A program made the position numbers and the translations under genes. Below are positions 12,082 through 23,240 of a DNA stretch of 64,000 nt, in pieces. The notes below the pieces were generated by a model. That model did not search any database. It saw nothing but the letters and a program-made list of their open reading frames with translations, and had not been told where the DNA came from. The stretch lies in contig OZ287068.1 of assembly GCA_965645245.1 (NCBI GenBank), positions 806,001 to 870,000 of the forward strand. The letters are read 5' to 3'. The first letter of the stretch is position 1; each line of letters begins with the position of its first letter. This stretch comes from Massalongia carnosa (taxonomy: Eukaryota).

Positions 12082-13521
12082 AGCTTTTTGCAGATTCTAC
12101 ACCTACTACTTACCTACCATAGCACTAGATGAGTTGAATGTTAGGTTTTTTTGTTTGTTTTCGGTGTGCGAAGTGCATTTCGCTCCTGCACGGAGTAGAA
12201 GGCAAAAATGGAATTCTCCCCTATTTCATCGTCCTAGCATTATCAAAGATGAGTAGACAAGTCGTGCATACGAGTACAGTAACTTTTTATTGGACTACAG
12301 CCCTAGTTACCATGCTCAATGTGTCGAACCCATAAGCGATATCTAAAATAACTTAACCTACATAGTTCATCCGTTTCATGAACTCGCTGCTCTTCTCATT
12401 AATTTTTATATTATGAAATTGGGACATTCAGAGGAAATGAAGTAGCCAACTTTTGGCAGACGCATGGATATCGGAAGACGAGGAAGATGCTGCTAGATGA
12501 TAGTGAGAATGAGATGACAGAAAATATTCCCTTGAAAAGCGCCGAGAAAGAAACCCAGCGGCACCTTAAGCTAATCACCAGAAGAAGATTTGTAAGGTAC
12601 CTTAAGGGCGGTTGGGGTTTTCGGACATGGTCATGGAATGGTCTCAAGATCCCGGACATGTCTTCGCTAAAATGGGTACACCGGCAGGTTCCCGGTTTGA
12701 ATGTTTTTTTGAGCGCTTTCCTGATTGAGATGACTCAACATTGTCCTGCACGTGTAAGATAGCTTAAAATTCTGCTTGTGTCTGATGAGAAATATCTGCG
12801 GATAATATAGAGTCTGAAATCATTTTGAAAATATTATAGTCTTGAAAAGGATATATCTTAGTGAACATTCATATTGGTATGAACAGTGCTTGCAGTAAAA
12901 AAGCATCTGGCAATGATTTGGAGACTGTCTCAGTTTTGACAAGATCTCAAGACCTTCAAGATCGTGTTCCGGATAAAACGATCAGAAAACAATCTTATAA
13001 AAGAGATATCACGTTCATGCAACCTCGTTACAGCTGAGTTGTATTCGGGTTCACATGATGTATTCGCCCAGTTGATGGTTAGAGAAACAAGTTATTGATT
13101 TAGTGACAGCTTCTAATCTACAGCTCTATGAATGCTATCATCCTCATGCCATGTTTCTCGTTCTCGTTGCTGTCTCGCACGATCTAGTCTTGAATCACTC
13201 CATCGAGTCCTTCCCGTACCTCCTCTCACAACATGTATGAAACTAATGAAACAAGGCAGACAAGAGACGTGCCTTGAGGATCTGAAGAATAAGACTGTTA
13301 GTCTGAATTGCAATATGCACAGAGAACATAACGTACCAAGTGCCTATGTAGAAGATAGGGTAGCCTAACGCAACAAATAAATTAGTCTCGGTCCTTTCAT
13401 ACAAGTTTGAATGCGAGAGATCAATCACCAAATTTATGATGGAGAGTGTCAGCAAAACTCAGCTGTTCTGACCTGACAAACCCTTCTCGCCTGAGGAGAT
13501 TCCAGAGGAGACTTCTAAGAC

Positions 13522-13577
13522 TGCCTTCTCGGGGGCGTCCTTCTCGGAGGCGTCCTTCTCGGAAACGGCCTTCTCCA
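13522..13577. repeat. 15-bp tandem repeat (CCTTCTCGG core), encoding EKAVSEKDASEKDAPEKA on the minus strand
   Basis: About four units visible. Confidence 0.7.
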
Positions 13578-13664
13578 ATAAAGCCTGCTTTGGCATGACT
13601 CTAGGTTCTCTATCGTCTGTTAGCTGTAGTTGCATCATCATCGTCAGCAGAATGGGAATAACTC

Positions 13665-16600
13665 TTACAAAACTCCAGCAGCATTGAGTATGCTCAAACA
13701 TTGCTTGACATGTTGTTCCTCCACCCGTAATTTAGCTTTGATGGCATTCGACACTTTGCTTGGTAATTTATCATAAGTGACCTGAGGACTAATCCTCATA
13801 TATTGCTGATCTTGACCGAACCGAGCATGAAAGAGCAGCCTCAACGCTCGATCAAGTACTTCGATGTCGTCCAAGTCCTCGACAGTGTAGACTCTTGTCG
13901 GTGACAAGCTCAACAAGTATCGTAAGTTCATTTCATCTTGATTGTATTGCTCCTGCTTGATGGAAGTTAGTTTGCTGTAATTTTGTCTCAACTTCTTGGT
14001 CGTTGTCGTCTCCAAAACAGTATCTTTCAAGGCAGTTATCTCATCTCCGTCTCCATCACTTTAAAAAGCATCATCACTATCATCCAATGTCACCTCGGAT
14101 TCCTCGTCATCGTTCTCCTCTTCGTTCTCACTGTCCTTAAATGACGAGTCTTCCTCAAACTGATCTGAAAATTCTTCGTCCACATCTTCATTCATGGATG
14201 CTTTGCCCTTCAACTTATGGCGCTTACCTTGACCATACTCTTGATAAACATCATCTTGCAGCATTGTATCCGCGAATCTGTCAAGTCTCAGACGTTTTCG
14301 GGGTGTAGGATTCGTGACTGTATCGAGATCAAGATCCAATGGATCTTGCACCGTGATAGCTAATCTACCGCCGGTCTCCTCGTCAAACTCGACATTCATC
14401 GAGTTATTTGAATCCTCTGTGGGAAGAAAATTCTTTTCCTTCAGAATCTCGTGTCCTCTCTGACTCTCGTGTGCCTCTTTTACGTATTTGTTTGACTCAT
14501 TTAACAAGTCAACTAGTAGGTTCTGCCCTCTGACGAGAAGGATCGAGTGGCTAAGTCCACCACGGCCTTGTCTGTTTTCTTGGAGTCTCGATATTGATCA
14601 TGAGAATTCTTTGTTACAACTCGAACAACCAACACGGGTTCGGTTTGAGAAACCTGCATGAAAATGCAACGATTAGACTTTCGTATCGGTACGAAGAAAG
14701 GTCACGCTCTTTTCAGATAACATACCCGGATTATTCGAGATCAAGCTTGAATTTCTGACGGTGCATTGATTGCTGGCGTTGCCACTAAAACCCGACAACA
14801 ACATCTATCCAGATTTACTCCTTGTGCCGACACCTGATACATTATTATCAAAATCAGTAAGGAATCTTTAGGATCGCTGAATCTTTTAACAAGATTCACG
14901 CGCTCTAAATCCGTCAATCCAGCGTGTAACACTTCGGTCTCCACGTATGTAAAATTACACACGCTATCCCAGAAAAAGGCGTTGAGTGGTACATCTTCTG
15001 TAATCAATAGCTTCCGTGGCTTGTCCGTAACGATATGAGGTAATACATAAGTATGAATTTGATATAGTATGGACTTCATGGTGGGAGAACCGTAGGTCAG
15101 AAATTTGAGTTTTTCCGAACCAGTAGTAACATCAGAGTCTCCTTCTCGTTTCACAAGATTAATGATATGATGAGCAGTCACGCCTTTTGCTCGAAATCGG
15201 TTGATATCGTTGACCAAGGTGTTATGGCCTATTTTTCGAAGCATGCGGTCGAGTCTACTGAGAAGAAGGGAGGCACTGGCGAGAGTTAAATGTCGTAATG
15301 GTGCTATGATGTGTGGAAATTATCGGCTCCAGCTTTCTTGATAGCTGTAATTTGTGGCTTCTCCGTCTTCTTGCCCTTCCAATCTTTTATGGCTTGAACA
15401 AATTCCCTGCATCCATAAATTAGCTTTTATCTGCTTCTCAGATTCATATCGATATGAAGAATAAGCTAACCGAGCGTGAGCTCTATGTACCCATTAGGAC
15501 TCCGCTGCTTCTTCTTCTTGATAAGTGAGCTCAACGGTTCTAACTTCGTGGCTTGGGATCATGGAGCGCATAGAAACAGTTTCATGATCATTGATCTTCA
15601 GGATGGAGGCAGTGGAGCGGCGAATCATTATCAGCTCGTCCATGTAGTGATAATGTTTTGCAATAAGCTGCACATCTTGAGTGAGCAACAAAGCTTCGAT
15701 TCTGTATGACAGTTAATAAATGACGAAAAAGAGGTCGAGATTCGATTGTGCATGCCTCTTAGGATCCATGACGATACGTCGTTTAGAATCCGTTTCGGAC
15801 AACGACTGAATCGCTTCAAGCTATGATAGGACTCCGCCGCCTGCTGCATCAGCCATTCGAAGTCGGATTCATCAATATGTCTTGTTTTACCCATGGCCAT
15901 AAGATTAATAAAGGTCCGAGTATGTCCTAACAGACTCGTTAGAGATCATCAGCCCTTTTCATATCAATATGAAAACATTACCAATTAATCGTTGATGACG
16001 AGTGTAGCGGTCAAAAACCAGTGTACCTCAGCCTCGAGCTGCTTGATACTGGCAAAGATCTTGGTGCCAGGATGTCGCAATTTGTGGCCCTCATCTAAAA
16101 GAACTGGTCCAAATACTCCTGTCCATTTAGAATTAAAGGTTTTCTTTTCTCTTCCACTTTTGCTCAATTTCGTATGTACAGAAAGAGTTCTGCTCGCAAA
16201 AGTATCGTAAGATGAAAGTATTACGACCTGTGAAGCGGTTGGATTGCTTTAATCAAAAATATACCGCAAATGCGGAGGCCAATTCGTCAGCTTTCTGGGA
16301 GCTTCACGCATCGCTGTTGCTGAAACCCAATTGATAGCAAATTTAGCGTTAATGGGTCTGTCTCCATGTGCGATTATTAGTGTAATGGTTGGGAACTGTA
16401 TAATTTCTTCTTGCCATTGATGCAAGACAATTCCACTCGGAGCAATGCAGAGTGCCGGTCGATGCGCAGCTATGATGTTCACGTCTCTCTCTGTCATGCA
16501 TCGCGCGTAATACGCCAGAAAAAGTAATGCTGTATAGGTTTTTCCAAACCCCATTGTGTCAACAACTATTCCACCAAATGTTTGAATACTCTCTAGTTTT

Positions 16601-17255
16601 TTTGCTGCCTTGGCCAGTTCGGGATCATTGACGCGTCCCGAGTCGATAGGTATTCTCCCACATGATCGCTGTAGCATGAAAACTGCTCCATTTATCTGAC
16701 TGTCAAGAAAGGAGACTTTGCAGTCTCCGATGAGGGTACAAACACTTCTGTCAAGCAGCTGTGCTTGACCGTGCTTCGAAATGAACTTCATGCCGAGTAT
16801 TAGCTTGCAGATAGCAATAGGTGGACCGGTCTGTGATGCGCTGCCTGTAAAGGCGTTTTGAATGTCGAAATATCGGTTGAGATCATGAACGGAATCGGGC
16901 TTTTCAAGACATGTTAGAGACAACTTCAAACTGATATGAGATTGAATAAATACCTCAGCTGAGAGAAGCGCGGTCTCGCTATCAGTTTGAGCTTGTTGTA
17001 GCTCTTCTCGCACCTTTTATTAAGCTTCAAGATACTATTATCCTTCAAGATACTATTATCCTTCAAGATACTATTATCCTTCAAAGCCTTCGGCATCTGA
17101 CCGCAGACTTTGTCCAGTACATGATGTTGCCAGCGTAGCAGACCTTCTTCGGTAAAAACATCAAAGTTTTCATGATATAGAAGCATTTCCGAGCGTTGCG
17201 TTGAGTCAAAATATGACTGCGGAATGGATTTTTTTTCGAGCAATCGTGGATCCAT
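13665..17255 (-). pseudogene. SNF2-family (SF2) helicase/ATPase, spliced, with stops and frameshifts; acidic C-terminal region; ends approximate
   Basis: Motif I GGIVVDTMGFGKT, Ia ALCIAPSGIVLHQWQEEI, II VLLDEGHKLR, III WFLTAT, V SAQGVNLD, VI QA*SRIIRVSQ. Confidence 0.82.
17025..17084. repeat. 18-bp perfect tandem repeat CTTCAAGATACTATTATC x3 (LKDNSI on the minus strand)
   Basis: Direct reading. Confidence 0.95.
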
Positions 17256-18678
17256 CAGACCAAAATTGCCGCAGTTTATTATGCAAAGACGGCGAATAGG
17301 ATCCTTCCATTAAGCTAGGGTCCATGTTTTCCGTGTCATTTTGCATTGGCATAGTGTCCTCGAGCGCTTGTGAAGTTTGTGACATCTTCTCGAAAGCTTC
17401 ATCAATAGATCGAGTGCTCACTGGATCGATCACAGATCTCACAGCTACATCGTTGTCTTCCGTCACCTGAATGTCTTTCAGAATTGCCAAGAGTGGTCCG
17501 TCATGCTCATAGATTCTACTTATCAAAGGACGAACCCTGACAAGAGTTTGACCTAGGGTCAGAGATCGCGATCTTTGATCACGTCCAAAAAATATGACCT
17601 GTCCGCAGTGACCATCATGAATAATCCCATATTTATCATTGCCACAGCGATACTGCACAATGTCAGAGGGGGAAATAGGGGATGAATCGGGAAATCTCGC
17701 AAAATCAGTGGAACATGTGCGAATAGAAGAACCCCAACTGTTTGAGTGCCAGTATTCCGAAGGACTATCAACGATCTCTGCCATACCGATATGAATGTTT
17801 CGTTGAGGCGTGGCTGAAAGTAAGATACTGATGACAGTTCGAGTATCAAAGTAATAGACGTTCGCTTGAGCCGGTCTTGGTGTTCCGGTGGGTTGTTTTT
17901 CTCGTCGTACTGATATCGCTGCCTTCTGAATGGATGGAAGGGGAAGGCGCTTACGGCACCAGGAGTGCAAAGTTGATAGTCGCTTTGGCAAATTTCGCAC
18001 TTCATGAATGTCTAACAGTTGCAAAACTTCGAGCAGGCCATCATAGGTGCGTCGCTTGATGCCTTCTTTATCACACCAGAGACCAAGAGCCAAGCAGAAA
18101 TCCGATATTTCTCCTCGTACTGGGCGGGAGGGCACCCGGATATCATCATCAATCGTGCTTTCAGAAGCAGAAGGGGCAAACTCGTTGAAAGACTCAGCGG
18201 TGTCTGTGCTTTCTATATCAAATTCCGCGAGTTGATTGGATGATAATGTCATGATAGCATTTGAAGATATTAAGCCGACAGCAAAGGCCGATGTATCAGG
18301 GATTGAAGTAGGTCGAGTATTAACCTTTTGAAACTCTTCATCAGTTTCCCGCTCATAATCACTATTTTGATCGAATGCCGTCTCTATATCGGCTGGGAAA
18401 TTATCTTGAACGTGTTGTTCAGGAATTTGATTAGACGATGATTGAATTTTATCGAGATTCTCTATGGTTCTCTTCTTATGCGTCATTGCTATTGGTTCTG
18501 AGCTCTGAGTCTGCTTTTGCTCCTCATGAATATGTGCAGAATTGTGTTGATATGAAGAACCGGCTTGCATAGACTCATGATCGGGGAAGTCTATCGGTTG
18601 ACTTTTGAAAGGCTGTGGGTTGGCCTGTGGGACACTGCTTTGAACAGTGGATGCTGAAACAATCAATGCCTTTTCCAC
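17206..18678 (-). CDS. Putative N-terminal portion of a fungal CMC/Plavaka-like transposase; no catalytic core recognised
   Basis: 490-aa ORF inside the TIRs with FCLALGLWC...LPKRLSTL, VYYFD, HIGMAEIVDSPSEYWHSNSWGSSIRT, ISPSDIVQYRC blocks. Family resemblance is from memory, not a search. Confidence 0.5.
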   Translation of the reverse strand: MEKALIVSASTVQSSVPQANPQPFKSQPIDFPDHESMQAGSSYQHNSAHIHEEQKQTQSSEPIAMTHKKRTIENLDKIQSSSNQIPEQHVQDNFPADIETAFDQNSDYERETDEEFQKVNTRPTSIPDTSAFAVGLISSNAIMTLSSNQLAEFDIESTDTAESFNEFAPSASESTIDDDIRVPSRPVRGEISDFCLALGLWCDKEGIKRRTYDGLLEVLQLLDIHEVRNLPKRLSTLHSWCRKRLPLPSIQKAAISVRREKQPTGTPRPAQANVYYFDTRTVISILLSATPQRNIHIGMAEIVDSPSEYWHSNSWGSSIRTCSTDFARFPDSSPISPSDIVQYRCGNDKYGIIHDGHCGQVIFFGRDQRSRSLTLGQTLVRVRPLISRIYEHDGPLLAILKDIQVTEDNDVAVRSVIDPVSTRSIDEAFEKMSQTSQALEDTMPMQNDTENMDPSLMEGSYSPSLHNKLRQFWSDGSTIARKKIHSAVIF

Positions 18679-18910
18679 AAGAGGAGGACCCTGGAAACTT
18701 AATTCATCAAGGTCCGGTTTATTCAGACTGATATGAAGAAGGCTTACTGCTGAGATGATTGAAGTAGTGTCAATGGTTTAGGCTTTCTTCTCTTCCTCAA
18801 AACATGACCTTCATCGATCATCATATTCTCCGTCACATCATCCTGAAATACATGACGAGGCATCGTGTCTTATGACTGAGTTCAATTCTGTGCGCAGGTG
18901 AGGTATTCTC

Positions 18911-20337
18911 ATGAAGAACTGCTTGTGCGTTGATATTTTAGTTCTTAGGGCTTTAGCACACTGTTTCAGAACATTACCATTCTTCAGGCTTTCTTCCGAT
19001 TGCACTATCGTTCATGCTGATATCACAAATACAATCATGAATATCTCATCCTCAAATGAAGAAGTCCTTGAACCTATGACACAATCCGAGATAGAATCAG
19101 GGCCAATAGCGGCAGAAATATCAACAAAAGAGGCGGAGAAGACACGCCATTACGTCGGAATGGAAAATAATAGCGATGCGGTAATTCGCGGGCTCCATCG
19201 TGTCAGCTGAACATATATAATTTCTATCTATGTTTGGGCAACTCTCCCCTCGCTGCTGCCCTGCTGGCGCTCAGTTTTGCTGAGGGCCCCTCCTATAATG
19301 GCTTTGTTTTGGCAGCAGTGAGGGGAAAAACTCCATCTACCTATGCGGCTGACTTAGGGAGTGGGTGGGTGGGCAAAAGACCTTTTGGTGCTGAACTCCG
19401 AATCAATGGTGATGATGAGGAGAAGAGTGCTAAAAGGCCATCTATTTATGCCCTTTCTTTCCCCTCCTTGTCCAACTATTTGGACATCATCCTCCTTCGG
19501 CCTTCGTTGGCTATCCACGGCCTGCCTCCACTCGGTCCCGTCATTACCTTTCGCCCTAGCCGAATTACTATTGGAGGCTGCTTTGCGGCCATTTGCGCTT
19601 CGTTATGGCAAGTTGGACGCAGATCAGATAGCGCATATCGCACGTACTGCAATCAAGGGAAATGTGGATGACGAAGATATATATTTCAGGAAAGGACTCA
19701 CCAAAGCGCAGTCCAACGTTTCAACGTGGAAACATCGCTCTCTGACCTGTATGGAAGTATGTAGCTTGCTATTAGCGTTTATACTCGACTTCTGAATTTT
19801 GTTAGGACTATGTGAAGTCTGCGATGAGGAGAGACAACCTAGGGCTGCTGGAATCCGAGCATGACTCGAGCAGATTATTCAAAGCTTTTGCACAGAAATA
19901 CGATCCTCACGATGCTGAAACTGTTTTTCCATGGGCTGCAAAAGATTTGATGTTTCATGAGTCTTCAAAAAAGGGCGTAATGCCTCGAGGACCCTATTGG
20001 ATTAAAGGTACGTGACAAGGCATGGGAGAACTGATGATATTTACATACTGATATGAAACAAGTGTTTTTTCTTAATTTAGCGGTGAAGACCAAGTTGTTC
20101 TTGGATGCCCCCAGAGCAGAAGGGACAGATCGAACCTCCCTGCTAGAGTTCTATGATACGTTTCCCCAAATGGCGAAATACCAAAACATCAAGCCACACC
20201 ATTTCAAATTGAAACCAGCTCGGACAAAACGTCTGAGAAAGGAATCATCAGACAAACCAGAGACGAAGGAATTTGGTACCATCATGGATGAGATGGGAGG
20301 TCACCGAGGCCGAGAACGAAGACGAGGATCAGTTTAG
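18911..20337 (+). CDS. Spliced gene of unknown function inside the TIR element (5' part uncertain or disrupted)
   Basis: ORFs 19361..19795, 19812..20015 and 20053..20337 appear linked by GTATGT (~19757) and GTACGT (~20008) donors and downstream AG acceptors. Confidence 0.55.
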
Positions 20338-20774
20338 CTCGTGAACGCTTTGCTTTTTTTGTACTGGTATGAAGAAAAGATGTTTTGCTTGAAGTTGTTG
20401 GTGCAATCCTATTTAGCTTCTCATAACTTGACCGAAGAAAATGTTTTGCTTGCACTTGGCTCTAACACAAACTGAAACTTGAAATCTTGTCAACCAAATA
20501 TCACACTGTTTCAAAGCACTCCTGATTCAAAAGAATCTTGAGCTAATCTGATGAAATTCTTCAAACGAAGATCGTCCTGAGATGATGTTGTTAGAAACAT
20601 GCATTCCACGTCATAAGATATCTTACATATAACAAAGTCACGAGATTGCAAAATATCTGAACACTTCTTGACTGACGTAATCACTATGTAGATAGACTAG
20701 GACAAGAACGTTCTAGTGGATAATATCTTGAGACCATCTCAAGACCATGTCCGAATACCCCCAACCGCCCTTAA

Positions 20775-22200
20775 GGTACTTAGGGTAAAGACAAATCACA
20801 AGGCTGAAGCAAGATCTTGACAATGCCAATGATGATGACGATTTCGAGGAAATGGTGAATAGCATAGCACATCTTTACACAAAATCCCCTAGCGACAAGC
20901 AAGAAAGACAAGATCGGTTGGCCACTACAAGTCGTGATGCCACAGTCCCCTCCCTGCCTTGCTTGACTGAAGTAGTTCTCGGTAATATTAGTAGAAAGGT
21001 ACAGCGGGATCATCAAGATAGACATGGAGCATGGTTCCAGAGGCATAGGATCGCAAAGACAAAGTCCGATCTAGTATCAATCCTCAAACCCGCAATGCAT
21101 GAGCTTTGCTTTAGTGTTGAAATGACTATGCAGGAGTAATTTCTTTTCGATAAGTGGGGAGTTTCATATATACTGCCTTCATTGAAGCTTCCTTGGTATT
21201 GGACGTGACCAGCATAGTTCTGGTTGGGCTAATTATGCCCATATCATTTAAGCAGTGCTAACCCCAAGAAATGCTATCTATATATTGGACAAGCCAAGTG
21301 CTTCTCTATCATAAAAACAACCCCTCTCTTCATTATCACGTAGCCGACTCTACCGGCATAACCTTTGCATTCATTACCTAACTTTAGCAAACCTATTGGA
21401 CGAGATAGAGGGATATGCTTTAAAAGTGGTAGAAATTTGGGGCTACCTTCTTCTCCAAACTCTTGTACTAGATAAATTGATGCAATTTTTACCTTCAAAC
21501 CTTCCCACTACTCATCCGGAGTACACGTTAACATAGCAGTACCTCTCTATCAATCATTTGGTGCTAATGCCATAAGTGACAAGGAAGACAGACTCGAACG
21601 TGAACCAACAAGGAGCCATCTCTGAATATTTTCCTCGTTCAAAGGATCCGTCCGAGTAAGGTTCTTCTTTGAGAAAAGGTGGCTTACGACGACCTCAGAG
21701 ATTCGGATGACCCTATTTTGAGGGCTTACTATTGCTTCTGGCACCTAAAGGCTACCAAAGCAACGGAGAGAAAGAAGTATGCTTGGTACCAGCGGCTGTT
21801 CAATGACGGGAAGACTGTAAGAACAGTGAGTAATCGACCGCGTCGCTTCGTCTTGAAATATATTCAATTCGAAATTCAGGACGGAAATTTTCACGAAATA
21901 TGAGTTGCAGGTGCCCGTACATCTGCACGCATGTTTTTATATCCGTCGGCTGATGATCTAACAATTTAGGATGGGGTATATATCTTTAAAAAGATAAACA
22001 TAGAGTTAAATTTAGCACGTAGCTCTCCTCAATGTCAAAGGGGTGTCCCACATTATGAACTGAATGCTTGCATAGATAGCGTTCGGGGAGATCGTGAAGA
22101 TGAAATTGTCAGAGATTGAAAAATCCTTTTAGGGGCAAATCGCAAAATGCTGAGAGACACACATTATTACTCAGGAGGCCTGGCTGGGAGAAAAATGGTC
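20775..22200 (+). pseudogene. Degenerate coding relic, apparently continuing the ORF at 12487 that the TIR element interrupts
   Basis: Short ORF fragments 20852..21139 and 21679..21903 with many stops; no recognisable family. Confidence 0.3.
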
Positions 22201-22422
22201 AAGGAAAGCGTGCGGTGGCAAGAGAACAGATGATAATTAAAAACTCAGTGTATTTTAGATATAAGTCGCGATATAATCTGCAAAAACGATAAAGATAGCC
22301 AAAGAGGCGTTGAAAGAACACTTATAGATATGATTGTATTGGTCGTAAATATATCGTTGGTTCTTAATTTAATATATTCAATTTAAATTAAATAAGTAAT
22401 AATGAATTAATTTTCAATTCCA

Positions 22423-22506
22423 GAGAGTGTAGTCTAGTGGTATGATTCGCGCTTTGGGTTCAATCTTGTCTGCGCGAGGTCCTGGGTTCAATTCCCAGCA
22501 CTCTCC
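22423..22506 (+). tRNA. tRNA-Pro (anticodon TGG) with 12-nt intron
   Basis: Acceptor GAGAGTG/CACTCTC; D-loop TAGTGGTA; anticodon stem CGCGC/GCGCG; T-arm CTGGG-TTCAATT-CCCAG; T-run at ~22517. Confidence 0.93.
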
Positions 22507-23240
22507 TCTACGTCACTTTTTGTATTACAAAGTTGGGAATTCTTCGTAATTTGAGTAAAGAGGTGGTCGTATACTAATACTGCATATCTTCTTTTATGTT
22601 GAGTAATTTACATGAAGTCTCCATGGAGAGAATTTCAATTTTTGGCTTTTCTCTTTGATGCCCTCTCTCGTTTTTCTCGAGGTTGCTGATTCGCTGCTAA
22701 ATCCAAAAATGAAACAGGACTTGATAAGAATTGAGCAAGACCCCCCAACTCGAGTAGGAATATTAGTTTGTGCTTCGACTGCCATGCCAGAGTGTCGAAA
22801 AAGGGTCAACTCTATAATTGATTGGCGTGCATGTGAAGGGAAGGGTGGCGCTACTTAAGGTTATGACCTTACTTGAAAGGTCATTGAACAATGGGAACGC
22901 AATGCGTAGGATGCTTGAATAACGCGCAAAGAAGTTTCCGCGTGCTAACTTAGGTTTTCTCGTTTCTATAAAATTCACCAAAGAAATCTTGCTTTATTTC
23001 TGTTTTCTTTTCCACCTCAATAACATCTCTTTAGTGATGATGCTTCTTTCTTATCCCTTACTATCTGAGCCTGGACCTAGATAGTCGGTTACAAGCAGGG
23101 CAAACTTTCAAGCTCCATCTGCAATAATTGTACGAGTATCAAACAGCGGGCCTGTTGCTAAATAGTAGGACCGTGAACGAATATATCTGGTGATAGAGCT
23201 TTATAGAAAAAGCTACCAACGGAACAGAGCATACTAGAAA

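Larger units (their letters stand above)
12606..20770. mobile_element. 8.2-kb TIR element with TTAA flanks carrying a transposase-like fragment, a SNF2-family ATPase and an unknown gene
   Basis: Left end GGGCGGTTGGGGTTTTCGGACATGGTCATGGAATGGTCTCAAGAT; right end (reverse complement) GGGCGGTTGGGGGTATTCGGACATGGTCTTGAGATGGTCTCAAGAT; TTAA at 12602-05 and 20771-74. Confidence 0.88.

Noticed and set aside
19201..19486. Possible solo-LTR insertion (TGTCAG...TGGACA) in the element's plus-strand gene
   Set aside because: No exact TSD, and removal does not cleanly restore a single frame.
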